Of a stretch of 64,000 nt of DNA, positions 1-13,162 are shown piece after piece. The notes beneath the pieces are model-generated. The model saw only the letters and a list, made by a program, of their open reading frames with translations, did no database searches and was not told the origin of the DNA. The position numbers were made by a program, and so were the translations under genes. Source of the stretch: Octopus bimaculoides (taxonomy: Eukaryota); the NCBI RefSeq assembly GCF_001194135.2, contig NC_068983.1:72115108-72179107 (forward strand). The letters are read 5' to 3'. Positions within the stretch are counted from its first letter, which is position 1; each line of letters opens with the position of its first letter.

Positions 1-28
<28 letters not shown>
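1..28. repeat. (TA)n microsatellite
   Basis: Perfect AT dinucleotide run at the window start; one of many TA/CA/GA/TAA/GAT arrays in the window. Confidence 0.95.
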
Positions 29-30
<2 letters not shown>

Positions 31-33
<3 letters not shown>

Positions 34-240
34 ATTTGTATTTGGTTTGCACGGTTTTTTAAGTGAACTCATGTGTTGAAGCCAATTTTGTTGTATCTCA
101 GGAAGGTTGTTATTTCAATATTTCAATAACAAACACATGCACTGGTTCAATTTCATTTCGTTATTATTTGTCAATTGGTTAACTATTGAACCAACTAATT
201 AGTCAATCTTTTGATTAACCATCTAATTAATCAATCACTT
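31..240. mobile_element. Arm of an unclassified palindromic MITE-like repeat
   Basis: The reverse complement of 31-145 aligns by eye with 23950-24065 (cagtRcatgtgttt.ttattg...gata.aaca...ttcaaca.a). catgcactggtt occurs at ~136 and ~23818. Confidence 0.45.
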
Positions 241-1098
241 GTGCTTATCAAATTCTTTTCGTTGCCATTCATGGTCTCTTCAATGACATACTCGCCCTAT
301 TCCAGGTCAACTTTAGGTCTGTTTGTCTCTTAATTCTAGGTTCTATTAATTCTGTCATTAACAATCACATTCTGTGATGATGATACTTTCAGCATTACAC
401 ACACAGTCGGCAATTTTGAGAGGAGGGGCTTAACAAATTTAACTGCTTCCCAGTACTTGATCCTGGAGACTGATGACAACAATGATGACAGTGACACTAA
501 AAACAATTACAATGATGATGATGATGATGATGAAGACAACAACGATGACAACTACGACAACAGATAACAGCAGCTGAAAGAAAAAAATCCCACATCATTA
601 ACAGTAGCAAAGACAGCCATAATCATTATCTAATCCAATATTGAGATTGAAAATGTTGAACCACTGGTACCTAAAGGTATTTATTTGATTCTTATATTTG
701 TCAGAGATTGATCACTAGAAGAAGTTGAGGAGTTTCTTGTCTAGAGTGGCCGAATTAGTAATAGGCAAGAAGTGAAAGATAGAGATATGGTTAAAGCATG
801 TGAAGAGTCTAACTTTACTGCCAACAAATAATAACCATTTCCATAACAGTAATAATAAACTGTATGATTTATATATCAGAAGAGTGACTGTTTGACACTG
901 GATATATAGATAAACAAAGATGATAGCAGGTTCTTAATGATTGGAATGAAACAAAGTGTAAGGTGAGCAGAATGTAATATAAATGGTAGTAAAATGAAGA
1001 TGTAGTTGTTGCTGCTGGTAGTGATGATGATGATGAAGATTGTCAGAAGCATCAGGTGTGACAAGGAAAGGTGGGATGATATATATATATGTATATAT

Positions 1099-1130
<32 letters not shown>

Positions 1131-1131
1131 T

Positions 1132-1350
1132 CAAATAAAATGTGACAACTATTCGGTAGCCATGATGATAAAACTCTGAGTTTCGGATGTCGGGGCGGAA
1201 ACCCACGCCACCATCTCTTCAGTTATCTGGCCATCAAAAAAAATGCTATGGCTACCGAATAATTGTCACATATTATTTACAGATAAATTCCTCTATTTAC
1301 ATAATATCGAGGTCTCTTTCTTTCTTTTGTTGTCTTACCTTTTCTATCAA
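1132..1350 (-). mobile_element. Short hammerhead-bearing element with inverted repeat (probable PLE pseudo-LTR remnant)
   Basis: atgtgacaactattcggtagccat (1140-1163) is the reverse complement of atggctaccgaataattgtcacat (1248-1271) with 1 mismatch, extendable to ~1132/1278. A hammerhead motif lies between the arms. The element is CpG-rich relative to its flanks and bounded by (TA)n on both sides. Confidence 0.7.
1157..1233 (-). ncRNA. Type I hammerhead ribozyme motif
   Basis: Minus strand: GATAA-CTGAAGA-[GATG...CATC C]-GAAA-CTCAGAG-TT/TTATC. Core CUGAAGA (1222-1216) and GAAA (1184-1181); stem I GAUAA/UUAUC, with a further 6-bp extension after an AUCA bulge; stem III ACU/AGU; GUU triplet at 1174-1172. 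One extra C precedes G12. Confidence 0.75.
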
Positions 1351-1362
1351 TATATATATATC

Positions 1363-1415
1363 ATCATCATCGTTTAACGTCCGCTTTCTGGGTTGGACGA
1401 TTTGACTGAGGACTG
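1363..1415 (-). mobile_element. 3' end of SINE (MetaSINE-like family with (GAT)n tail)
   Basis: catcatcatcgtttaacgtccgctttc..gggttggacgatttgactgaggactggc is the reverse complement of the tail seen at 9410-9470 and 30150-30230. Confidence 0.7.
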
Positions 1416-1417
1416 GC

Positions 1418-1451
<34 letters not shown>

Positions 1452-1494
1452 CAGAGAGAGATAGAGAGAGAGAGAGAGAGACAGTAATTGTAGC

Positions 1495-1543
<49 letters not shown>

Positions 1544-1959
1544 ACAAAAGAAGTAGGATGGACCAAAAATAGCTTCAGAATTGTAATGTGAACTAACAAC
1601 ACATCGCTAGTGAAAAGGTCTCAAACAGGGGGTAACAATATCCAGAACAGAGTAGATCAAAATTTTTGTGGTTTAATTCTAGGTCAGCATAGACATATTG
1701 GACCTAGGATCAAAAACGTTCTGGCCATGACCAACCCACCAAGTGTACCCAAAAGATTATTCAATGTGTTTGATTCTCTTGAGATGATAAGGTGTTATTT
1801 GAGGGAGAGATTTAGCTGCCTTTTCTAGTGTGTTGAATCATCATAAAGAGGCTCCTTTGTTGACTCAAGAACATCCAAATAGTTGAAAATGGTATAACAG
1901 ACCTAGGTTCTATTTATAATAAGTGTCACCTATGATAGAAAAAGTCCATTATTACTTTT

Positions 1960-2195
1960 GTCAACAAATCACTGGATTTCTTTAATTATTGCATCTGTTG
2001 TTGTTTAAAGTCAAACCAGCCTTCATTAAGCAGACCTTATGAGCAAAGACATCCCAGTTATGCCCATCCAACCTTTTATTCAGAAATAATGTATCCAGGG
2101 CAACTGTTATTTATAAGAAAGTAGGATGTGATCTGGGGATAGATTTGGTTATTGTTTATAGCAGGCCGAGTAATCATGTATAGCTTTCCTCATTA
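1960..2195 (-). mobile_element. Unclassified SINE-like repeat (family also at 20080-20330, 25690-25890, 46630-46830)
   Basis: The family carries ctagaaatagcagccaaatc...cattggataatgtagtc...aaacaacaacaa. A degenerate reverse-complement copy is seen here. Confidence 0.5.
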
Positions 2196-4971
2196 ATTTG
2201 GATGGTTAGTCTAAGTGAAGTCTTAAACATTCGACTATAATCATTGGATGAATTTAAAACTCCTGTTAATTTAGTTATGGTAAAGACAGGTAGGGTGGAA
2301 ATTCTGGTCAAATGATGCTTGAAAATAATTAAATTTTTGAAGACTTTCTAAATTGTATTTTTGGTAGGAATATGTGTGTAAGAAATGCTAATATCTGGTT
2401 TATATGCTCCATTAATATTTTGCTGAAAACATTGCTTTTGATTCTATTAAATCCAGATGAAAAAATTTACATAATTTACATAATTGTTTTTGCCAAAACA
2501 CCCATGTGCATGCATGCACATGCACACTCACACATATACATATACACAAATTCATACACACATATGCACAGAGTTTACAAGAAACGAAACATGAAGACCT
2601 TAAAGAGTAAATCAAATACACATTTTAATATGCATTTTATGAGAATTACTTTTAGCATTGAAGTGTGGTTGTTCCTTAACCCCGGATCATTCTTAACTGA
2701 GCAGGACTATGATCAAAAACATTCCAACCATAACCATCCTGTCTGTTTTTGTTTTTTTTGTTAGGCTAACTATGTTCACATTATCTAATGTATCCTTTGC
2801 CCTTATAAAATTGCAAGAAATGATTGTGGGAGATTTGCCAGGTCAGGTGACTTCAGAGAGGCTTCTTCAGTAGATTCATTATTTTTGTTGTTTTTTAGCA
2901 CAAGGTTGGACTTGGTTAAGCGTATTTGCAGTGATATTTAATCAAGACTTTCCAGTCATGATTATCTGCTATTTTTCCCCACTGTTGTAGTGCATCTAGA
3001 ATCATATTATTCAGCAATTCTTCCTTTTTTATGATGTTAAGGTGTGATTTGAAAGAGACTTGGTTCCTACTCCAGCAGGCTGAGCAAATAAATATACATG
3101 TATATCCAGACACAGATACACAAATATAGATATGCTTGGTTTTACAAATGGGAGAACAGGAACTCAATAGATAAATTAGATATATACCCTATGCCAGAGG
3201 AGAGAGAGATTCATTCTGACACAATATGTATTTAATACTTCACTACCTATAGACTGTTCACCATTAAACATAGCACTAACACTTGTAGTAACAGTGTTAG
3301 TGCTATGTTAACAAAACAGTCTTTATGGAATTGTTACTCAAATATTTCCAGGAGTAGAGCAAATTATTATTGAGGTAACTGTGATGTGAGAATATATTTA
3401 TGATTTACATATATGGCATATTAATTGCGCTGGATCTATAGACTGACCTTAAACACTTGACCAACAATCTCCATGCCATAGGTCTGTGCTCTGCCAAAAT
3501 CAAAACTAACAAACAAATAAACACAAGATTCATTCTGTGATATTCTCAACTTGGCAATTTTCCATATCTTCAGAAATCATTTATTCAATATTCCAAATAA
3601 AAAGATTTCTTTTTGCCTATATTTTTTGATATTTTATTTATTTTCTTATTAAATTATTTATCTAATTACCTATTATTATATCTTTGTGGTCAGTGCTATG
3701 GGTCAATATAAAGATTCAGAGGACTGAATTAACAATCTTGCTTTGATATTTCACTTAAAATATTTTCCAAAAGTCATCAATAAATTTGCAGGGAGCAAAA
3801 AGAAAAGAAGCCTGCAAAGGTTAGGGATACAGCCCTGCTTCATGACTAACAGAAATAAACCAATTCTCCATTCATCACATTCTTCTGTAAATTGGGAAAT
3901 TCTTGTTAATATAAGAAACTATAGCTCATATATTTTATCAATATTAAAAGCAAACACACACAAATATATGTAATCAAACTTCATATGTTATATTGAGGAG
4001 ATATAAATAACAATCACTCAATAATTACTGACAACATATGAACAAATTCTAATTTCCAAACAGAAATATCTCATTATCAACTTTGTAGTATTTTCCAGGA
4101 GAGACCTATCGTCTATTGTTTTCTGAAAGCATAAGCAAACAACTTCATATATAACACTATGAAATCACTTGCATTAGCATACAAGTAATAGTATACTGAA
4201 TGAAGTTCAAGCAGTATTGGAAAATGCAATATATAAAAATAAAGAACAAAAAAGAATGAAAATCCCTGAGGCTTATAAAAACTAACTAGTAACTAATTAC
4301 TAACAGGTGCACATAAATTTTTTAAACAACCAGATCATAGAAGTGCCTCAAATCATTTTAATACTTCATAGTAAACAGTATTAAGAAATAAATGAAAAGT
4401 AATAGTAAAAAATTTTGTGCGTTCTTAAATGTTTAAAATTATTCTACCATGATGAAATTGCTTCAGGCTCAACACATAGAAAGTGAATGTAACAAGTTTT
4501 GAGAGATTCTAAATGGTGAAAATGACTCTTTTGTGATGTAACTATTTCACTTTTAATAAATAATCTCAAGTCAGATCACCTGTACTACAGGTAAAATTCT
4601 GAAAGATTTGAAACTTTCACTCAAACAAATGAAACCAAGAGAGATACTGTTACATACAGTCAGTAAAAGATGATGTTACAAGAGCTTTGATTTGAAAAAC
4701 ATGTAAAGTCTTGAAAAGGTAAAAAGTGATAAAAAAACAGATAATGTTCAATAGTAACTGTTTTACAAACAGCTACAGTGAAATTGAATGAATGATATCA
4801 CAGAAGTCAAAAAATTGTTGACACTTTATAAAATCAGTTTTATTATTATGGATTAATCAAATGTGAATATAGCAGTTTTGTGTAATATTAAATGGCTAAA
4901 ATATATCGTCCACAATGATATTACTGCAGTTTCAACACAAAGCCTCATATAAAGTCACCTACAAACAAATA

Positions 4972-6189
4972 TTGGGTCATCCCATAAATAATGTGCTCTT
5001 TTTATACTTCTTATATTTTTCAAAATTATTATAAACAAAGTTCTTTTTTAATCTAAAATATACTCTCCTTCATTTTCTACAATGCTCTTCCATCTATCTT
5101 GGTAGACTTGCAAGCCCCCTCTTCCAAAATTCACTTGTCCATGACGAAAAATACTCTTCCAGTACTGTTCTGACCTCATCTACAAAATTTATATTTTTTC
5201 CATCCAAATGATTTTGAAGACTGCGGAATAAATGATAATCAGATGGGGCAATGTCTGGCAAATATAGTGGGTGGGGCATCGTTTCCTATTCAAACTGCTG
5301 TAGCCTTTGGAATGACATCCTCACTGTATGTAGCCGAGCATTATCCTGATGGAAGAACACCTTTTGTCTTGAAACCAAAGATGGTCGTTTTTCTTCTAGC
5401 ACTGACTTTAAACACTCAAGCTGCTCACAGTAGATCTCCTTTGTTATCGTTTAGTTTAGGTTTAAAACTTCAAAGTGGACTAAACTTTTCATATCCCACC
5501 AAGCAGATAACAACGCTTGGTGAAGACCTTCTTTAACCTGGGTGCTGGTGTTTCTCCTTTCCCTCCCCATTGTCTCCAGCGCTTGACATTTTTATAGAGA
5601 ACCCATCACCAGTCACTATTTGATCCGAAAAAGGTTCATTCGTGAGATATAACAGCAAAGAAGAGCACACATTCACTCTCTGCATGTGATTAGACTTGGA
5701 AAGTGTGTGAGGCACCCACTGAACCAATTTGCTGACTTTTCCGATGGCATGCAGATGTCGATGAATGGTTGACTGACCAAATCCAAGCTTCTCTGCTAGT
5801 TCCTCAACAGTTACAATGGGATTTTTTTCCACCAGGGTTTGCAGGATGTCCTCATTGAGCTCTACAGATCTCCCAGGATGAGGCTCATCTTCTGAGCTTT
5901 AGTTTCCAGCTCAGAATTTCTAGAACCACCATTGACACTGGCTTATGCTTATTGTCTGATCCCCATATACTGCATTAGTATTCATCACACTTTGTCATTT
6001 ACATTATAGCATTGAAAAAAATCACTGTTAAAATCGAACTGCACTCTTCAGAATTTGTACTAAGGATAAGGACAAGGTAAAATTACTACCTGCTTTTATA
6101 GCAAGTTGATGCAGGTAGTTTATCCTGTCACCCTCTAACTTTTAGTTCATTTAATTGAAAAAAACCACATTATTTATGGGATGACCCAA
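4972..6189 (-). mobile_element. Mariner (Tc1/mariner) DNA transposon, defective copy A
   Basis: TIRs ttgggtcatcccataaataatgtg at 4972 and the reverse complement ending at 6189; TA on the left. Minus-strand ORF fragments show WVPHTL, HPLYLPDIAPSDYHLFRSLQNHL and the HTH TVEELAEKLGFGQSTIHRHL. Frameshifts, stops and a 5' deletion relative to copy B. Confidence 0.95.
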
Positions 6190-7769
6190 TCCATATCTGA
6201 AAGTTTACAAGCTTTAATCAGACTACAAAAAACCCTATGGGGTCTGTTTCATATTGTTTTAAAATTGACTGTAACTTTGCAACAATTTCACTTTGTAAGA
6301 AAATGTATCTCAGATTGATAACTTTAAAATATTTTCATGTTCTAAAACTCTGTTCCTCATATAAATCTGAACAAATCAACAAATAAAACCAAAACAAACT
6401 AATTTTTGCAGATAAATTTTACCAGTGGCTCTATGGCAAAAGACTAATCAAATTTTTGATTCTTCATTGTAGGCAGCTCTATTCAGAAATGAATGAAAAA
6501 AGATTATGAGAGATTTTGTGTATTCTTCAGTTGATAAAATAATTTTTCTACAATGCAATTTGCTTCAGTTTCAATATTAAATGAATTGTCCAACAAGTGA
6601 AACTCTGAAAATGTTAAATCTTCAGCCAGTTTGCAGAAACCCTGTTCAATGTAAATTGAAAAAGAAGATAACATTTCGAAAATATCATTTTATAAAACAC
6701 TGCATTCATGGAAGATTTCAACTAGGCCCAGTGGAATTGTGTAAGTGGCTAGGTCAACTCTTCATAACAGTAGCAAGAATAATTAAATGGATAGTGAAGG
6801 TAAGGGAGCTATTTATATTTTTTATGTGTTCTACTATGACCAATTCACTTCCCCAACAAATAGATTTCCAAAAATTACGAAAATTTAAGACTAGCTACAA
6901 AATCCTTGAGGAAAGCTGTTACACAATGCCTGAAAAAAAAAATGTTGCTACAAGTTCTGTTTGCAAGTCACTGATTTAACATAAAGTCTCAACAAGCAAA
7001 CAAAACCTAAAAAAGAAAAGACAGAGAAGAAGAAAAGACATGAGGTTCAGAAAATCTAATAAGTAACTAATATTCAACAGATGCAGTGAAACTTAGTGTG
7101 GCTTATAAGATTTAACAAATGACTACCTTTCAATAGGAGCACATGAATTTTGTGAGCGACCAGGTCAGAGAAGTACGACAAACTATTTTAACACTTCATA
7201 GAAGAGATGAAAACATAAAGGAAAAGTGAATGTAAAAGATTTTATGCTCTTAAATGTTTGATATTATTCTTATATGGTGTAAGTGCTTCTGTTTCAACAC
7301 ACAAAAAGTAGATGTTTCAGTTTTTGTGTGATTTGAAATGGTGAAAAATGCAATTTAGTAACAGCATTCTTCATAGTTTTTGTTGTTTGCGTAAAAGGTT
7401 CCAAATATTTTGGAAAATATACTTACTTTGCAAGTGATTTGATGTGGTGTTATTCGTGAAAAACTGAAACTAGTTGCAGAAATGCAATGAATAATTTTGA
7501 TGCTTAAGAAAGAGATAAAAAGTAATTGATTCAGTTTCTGTAACTAAAAGGGTCTCTGTTAGGATGTAATATTTTCTGTTTCAGAACAGTCTTATCAGCT
7601 GCCAAAAAATATAACTCTAAAATTTCAAAAATCTTCAGTAAGGTAACACAAAGACTAAAACTATGTTGCAGGAAAAATATTATAACTTTGACAGTAACTT
7701 CTGCAAAATATTGAATCTCAAGTAAGATCTGACAAAAAAAGAGAAAGAAAAAGGAACAAGAGAGAAAAA

Positions 7770-7779
7770 NNNNNNNNNN
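7770..7779. other. Assembly gap (10 N)
   Basis: Run of N. Confidence 1.
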
Positions 7780-8280
7780 GGGGGGGGGGATTAGTAACAG
7801 ATTTTTACCAGGTGCAGTGGAATTAATTGTGTAAGAGAGAAGGTTAATGAAATGCAGAGAAATGTTTGTCGTTTTAAAGTCAGCAGTTCTATTATAAAAC
7901 AAACCAAAAGTGAATGTAACAAATTTTCTGCTCGTAAATAGCTGAAATGACACTGAATGTTAAGATAACAACTTTGCAACAATTTGCTTTCACAAAAAAT
8001 GGTAGCTCAGACCCAAGAAATAGTAAATAAAATGAAAACAGGCCATAAAACCACCTGGAGTTTATAAAATCTCACCAAGTATCAGATTTTCAACAGATAC
8101 AGTGGAATTATGTCCAGTGACCAGATTGCAGAACAAGACATGAAACTGATATTATTAAGAATAAATGAAATCAATACATCAGTTTTTGTGTATTCTCAAT
8201 GGTTAAATGACTCTCTTAAGATGTAACCATTGAAAAAATGTGTGTATAATAAACACAAACATACAATATATGTACATACT

Positions 8281-8567
8281 GCTGGTTACAATCAACAGAA
8301 TAGATTTCTTGTGAAATTAGCAAGCAAGTAGCTAAGCACTCCACAGACATGTGAATCCTTAACATAGTTCTCAGGCAAATTTAGTGTGATGCAGAATGTG
8401 GAAAGGCTAGCCCTTTGAAATACAGGTACTGCCTATTTTTGCCAGTGGAGTGGACTTGAGCAACATAAAATTAAGTGTCTTGCTCAAGGACACAATGCGC
8501 CACCAGATATCAAGCTCACAGCCTTATGATCATGAGCGGAATACCTTAACCACCTTACCATGCACCC
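8281..8567 (-). mobile_element. tRNA-derived SINE (degenerate; related to 58930-59212 and sharing its 3' half with 33249-33638)
   Basis: gcactccacagaca...ccctttgaaatacagg...gtgtcttgctcaaggacacaa...ccttaaccac; a reverse-oriented tRNA-like head lies at the right end. Confidence 0.7.
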
Positions 8568-8928
8568 TCTAATATATGTACATAAACACATATATATACT
8601 ATATATAAAATCAATAAAAATTAGAGAGACAAATAAAAAAGAGACTTATAAGTTAGAAGTCCATTTCATTCTTGGATGGGAGGACTCTGTAGAAATGCAT
8701 AAAAAACAAATATCTTATTTGGGGAAAGAAAATCAGGGAGAGATATAAAAAAAGGGGAATAGGAACATGGTAGAAGACAAGATTGTGCTTACATTTTCAT
8801 CTTAACAAAAGAAAGGACAATCTTCTAGTTAAGATGAGAATGTAGGCACATTCTTGTTGTTGACCATGTTCTTATCTCCTTTTGACAATTATTTAAAAAA
8901 CAAGTTTCAACTAAAAGCCATTTGTCAT

Positions 8929-8996
8929 GTAGATATAGATAGGCAGGTAGATATAGATAGGCAGGTAGATATAGATAGACAGGTAGATATAGATAT
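8929..8996. repeat. 18-bp minisatellite (GTAGATATAGATAGGCAG), ~3.7 copies
   Basis: Direct tandem copies visible. Confidence 0.85.
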
Positions 8997-9050
8997 CAAT
9001 ATAACAATTCCAAAGTTTAAACTTTAGACAGTCAAGAAGGAATAACACAC

Positions 9051-9127
9051 AACTACTATCTAATTGTCCATTCACAACTACTGTTCAAGAATTGTCCATT
9101 CACAACTACTATCTAAGAATTGTCCAG
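9051..9127. repeat. ~27-bp minisatellite (ACAACTACTATCTAAGAATTGTCCATTC), ~3 copies
   Basis: acaactact...aattgtcca is repeated three times. Confidence 0.8.
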
Positions 9128-9244
9128 TGGTGATATAAGATCTGAAACAGTTGTAGCCAAGTATTTTGTTCATAGTTATAAATATAAATGCTCTACATTT
9201 TTGTACCAAAGACTTAGTTTTTTTTATATTCTTAATGGTGAGAC

Positions 9245-9471
9245 CGTAGTCATGACCGATACCAGTGTCAGGTCAATGGCACTCGTGCTGGTGTCATGTA
9301 AAAAGCACCCACTACACTCTTGGAGTGATTGGCGTTAGGAAGGGCATCCAGCTGTAGAAACCTTGCCAAATCAAAATGGAACCTGGTACAGTCCCCTGGC
9401 TTACCCGTTTTCAGTCAAACTATCCAACCCATACCAACATGGAAAACAGACATTAAGCAATGATGATGATG
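9245..9471 (+). mobile_element. SINE with Meta-like core and (GAT)n tail
   Basis: aaaagcacccactacactc...ggcgttaggaagggcatccagctgtagaaac...aacccat.ccaacatggaaaacagacattaa.c.atgatgatgat. The GGAAGGGCATCC motif resembles the MetaSINE central domain as I recall it. Confidence 0.7.
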
Positions 9472-11498
9472 ACTATTTATCAAACATAATACAATGTATG
9501 TGTTCTCATGTATGTGTATATACACACACACACACACAAAAGAATACACATACTAATTTAATGATTCATGAGAAAATGCAGGATGTGTTGATCTTATCAA
9601 TCTCATCAAATGAATAAATGAATGTGGAACAGGATCAAATTTAGATAATATATCATAATGAAATACATTACTGGAAAATTATGGGGGGGAAAAAATCATC
9701 AAACATATAGAAAGACATCTTTACACTAGGGAATTCTCACTGATAGGTTTCGTTTTTAATGGATTTTCTTTATTAAAAAATATGTCAGGATGTGGAAAAG
9801 AGAAAAAAAAAGTAGCAGAAAGAACCCAATTAATGTGGGACAGTAAATAAGAAGTAGACAAAGGGAAAAATGTATATATAATAAAGAAGATGGAGAAAGG
9901 ACTGCTGCAATTTATTTTGTAGAATTGTAGAAATATGAGTTTTATTAGGTTCATCATCATCATCACCACTGTTTCATTGTGATAGAGAAATATATGTGCA
10001 TAAAGTGAGAAGTGTTGATAAATGATAGGAATAACATTATAGAATTTAGAATAGGTGATCATACAAAGATACTAATACTAACAGAGCTACACAGTCAGAG
10101 GTAAGATTACTGAGGCAGATTTATCAGGGAGGTGAATGACATGAAAGTCAATAGTTGCACCAAGAATATTAGTCAAATGGCAAAAGTGGTTAACTTGATA
10201 ACTAAAAAAAGTTAAAAGTCAAAATATTAGAATTTACCTTATTCTAGCTCTTATTTATAGTAAAATTTAAGTGGTATAATAAAAAAAAAAAAATCCTATA
10301 GATAATTGGTTTAAGTAACCATTAGGATTATGTTTGAAAATTATATAAAAAGTAGTTGCTTCAGTATAAAAGTATAAAATATAAGTGACAGAAAATTAAG
10401 TAGGTTAATGAGGGAAGATATAGATACAAAAATAGAAATATAAGTGTAAAGGTGTTACATTGGTAATTGTGAGAAAGGGATGGAAGAGGCAAGGTGTAGG
10501 GGGAAAGAAATTCAAAGGGAAAAGCAAGGGAAATAGATTGAATGTAAAAATGTATCAGCAAATGAAATTAAATTAGCATATATGAATAAAAGAAATTAAA
10601 TAAAAAATGAGGAAGAGGTTGGTATAGAAAAAAGATAGAAAGAAGTATCAGTTAAGTTAATGGAACTGTGTGGCTACATGTACTTAAGAGGATGAATAAA
10701 AATGTGGGAGAATATCATTATAAGAAATAAAATTAGAAATAAAAGCAGGATTTGAAATCAAACTTTTAAAAATATAAAACAAGAAGAAAACAAATGAAGA
10801 TAAAGTGAACATAATGAAAAGTGAGGATTTTATAAAAAAAAAAAAGATAGATATCATTTAATTTTAAGAGATGTAATGGTTAGATATGTAACCAAAGGTG
10901 CTTATGGTTTATACAAGAAAATTTTTTATCTATTAATATGGAAATTAAACAATTAAGAGTTAAGTATTACGAGTAACAAGAAAAAATAATTAGACTAAAT
11001 AAGGAAAAGTATATTTCAGATGAAATTAAAACAAAAAACATGAGACTTAAACAATAAATATGGAAATAAGTGAATAGATTAAATCTAATTAAGTTAATTA
11101 CAACTGAGCAAATTAATCAAGTTAAGGTGAGTTTTAAGCTATAGTGAGGGTGAAAAGTGATACTTAAATGACTAAAGTAAAGAACAGAAGTAAAGATTTA
11201 AGTGTAACAATATGGAATAGTGATATACAGAGCTTGGTAAACTAGTCTTGAGGGGTTAAAGTAATAATTAAAATCTATAAAAGGTATAGGTGCAAAGAGT
11301 ATCACAATAAGAACTAGAAAAGACCTCCAAGGGTTAAATGAAAACGTCATTTAAAAGAGTTATAGAAACAAAATGGTGTACATACTAGGTGATATATATG
11401 TGTGTGTGTGTGTATTATTTATTATATATATATATTATGGACACCTAGACAACTCATGTATATATATATATATATATATATTATGAACTCTTAAACAA

Positions 11499-11549
<51 letters not shown>

Positions 11550-11641
11550 AGATTTGTAGAGGTAACACACGAGTAAGTAGATATTTATGAAAAACAAGAA
11601 TGAAAATGCTACTTTCTTAAAATTGGGTACATTTTAATTTT

Positions 11642-13010
11642 CCAGCATGCAAAGTCCACCACCTCAGCAACTTCCTGGACATTCTACTGAAACCCTTGCT
11701 CAAACACATCAAGAGCTATATAAGGGATGACCTGGACATGCTCAACCACCTCCCAAAAACAGTCAATGAGAAAAAAATGCTAGTACCCTCCGATGTAGTT
11801 ACCCTATATTCAAACATCCTCCACACTCTAGGAATAGAAGCCATTACATTCTGGTTAGACAATTATACCTATGAACTTTCCTCTCGCATTAAAAAGAACT
11901 CATAATAGAAGGACTAAGATTTATCCTAGAAAACAATTATTTTATATTTAACAATGACTACTTCTGACAAAAATCAGGACTGCAATGGGAACATGGACTG
12001 CGCCTTCTTTTGCGAACCTGGTAATGGGCTATCTCGAGATTAAACTATACCAGAGAACACTCGAGAAATATGGAAACTCCTTTTCCACCTACATTCAAAA
12101 CAACTGGAAGAGATATCTCGATGACTGCTTCATGCTCTGGAATGAAAGTAGAGAAAAACTTAACGAATTCCAAACACTTCTAAATGGAATAAATGAAAAC
12201 CTCCAATTTACGATAGAGTACAACCAGAAACAACCACCATTTCTAGATATCATTATTAAGAAAGTCAGAAACAAAATAGAGACATATATCTATTACAAAC
12301 TCATGGACTCGAAACAGTACCTGCCATTTGATTCTTGCCACCCGAGACACACCAGAATGAATATCCCATTTTGTTTAGCCAAAAGAATATGCACAATAGT
12401 ATCAGATGCAAACACTCATTACACACGAGTCCAGGAATTGAAAACCACACTCATCAATAGGAATTACTCACAACCTTTAATCGACAATATGATCCAATAA
12501 GTACTTAAATACACAAGAACTTAGACAACCAAGACCAAAGAAGGAAGAAAAATTGAAAACCCTGCCTTACATTTCTACACACAACCCACATAATAATGAG
12601 GCCTTCAACACTATACTCCACAGCACAACTCTACTCAAGAGAGATCCAAAGATGAATCAAATCCTCAAAACACACACAATCATCAAAAGTAAGAGACAAC
12701 CAAAATCAATGAAAATAATTTTGACCCAGGCCAAATTACACTCAACAATAATCACTAAGCCAACAGTAAAAAGATGCGGGAGACCCAACTGTGGGATTTG
12801 TATCAACATAATAGAAGGATCAGAACACTGATTAGAACAAGGCCATAATTTTACCATAAAAACTAATTTTACGTGTGCATTGGAGAACTTGATTTACTTA
12901 ATTACATGCTCAGGATGTAAACAGCAATATGTTGGACACACAAACAAAAACAGCCTATGTCAGAGGATGGTGGTGCACAAATCTCATGCTACCAGCACCA
13001 AAGGATATTA
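11642..13010 (+). pseudogene. PLE reverse transcriptase + GIY-YIG endonuclease (disrupted)
   Basis: Motifs HHLSNFLDILLKPLLKHIKSYIRD, SDVVTLYSNI, AMGTWTAPSFANLVMGYLE, WKRYLDDCF, YLPFDSCHPRH, Cys linker KRCGRPNCGICINI, and NFTCALENLIYLITCSGCKQQYVGHT. Contains stops and frameshifts. Confidence 0.9.
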
Positions 13011-13124
13011 TCAGGTGTTCTTGCAAGAAAAAGGAAAGTAAACTACAAATGTGAATCTTAATTTTAATTTTAATTTAATTTTTTAATAGTTCTTTTCTCT
13101 TTACATATTTCATTTTAGTACATA

Positions 13125-13162
13125 TTTTTGATAAGGTTTTTCAAAAACCGAAACATGTAAAA
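13125..13162 (+). ncRNA. Degenerate minimal hammerhead-like motif in PLE 3' tail
   Basis: TTGATAA-GGTTTT-TCA-AAAACC-GAAAC-AT-GTA: a perfect stem II, GAAAC and a palindromic ACATGT stem III. The first core strand deviates from CUGAnGA and stem I is weak. Confidence 0.5.

Noticed and set aside
2765-2873. Plus-strand strong acceptor with a short open frame (LTMFTLSNVSFALIKLQEMIVGDLPGQ)
   Set aside because: No recognisable homology or partner exons; expected by chance in T-rich DNA.
6581-6979. 132-aa ORF, possibly a decayed DNA-transposon fragment
   Set aside because: No diagnostic motif could be identified.
8929-9127. Short direct repeats resembling a CRISPR-like array
   Set aside because: Eukaryotic context, and the repeats are contiguous without unique spacers; ordinary minisatellites.
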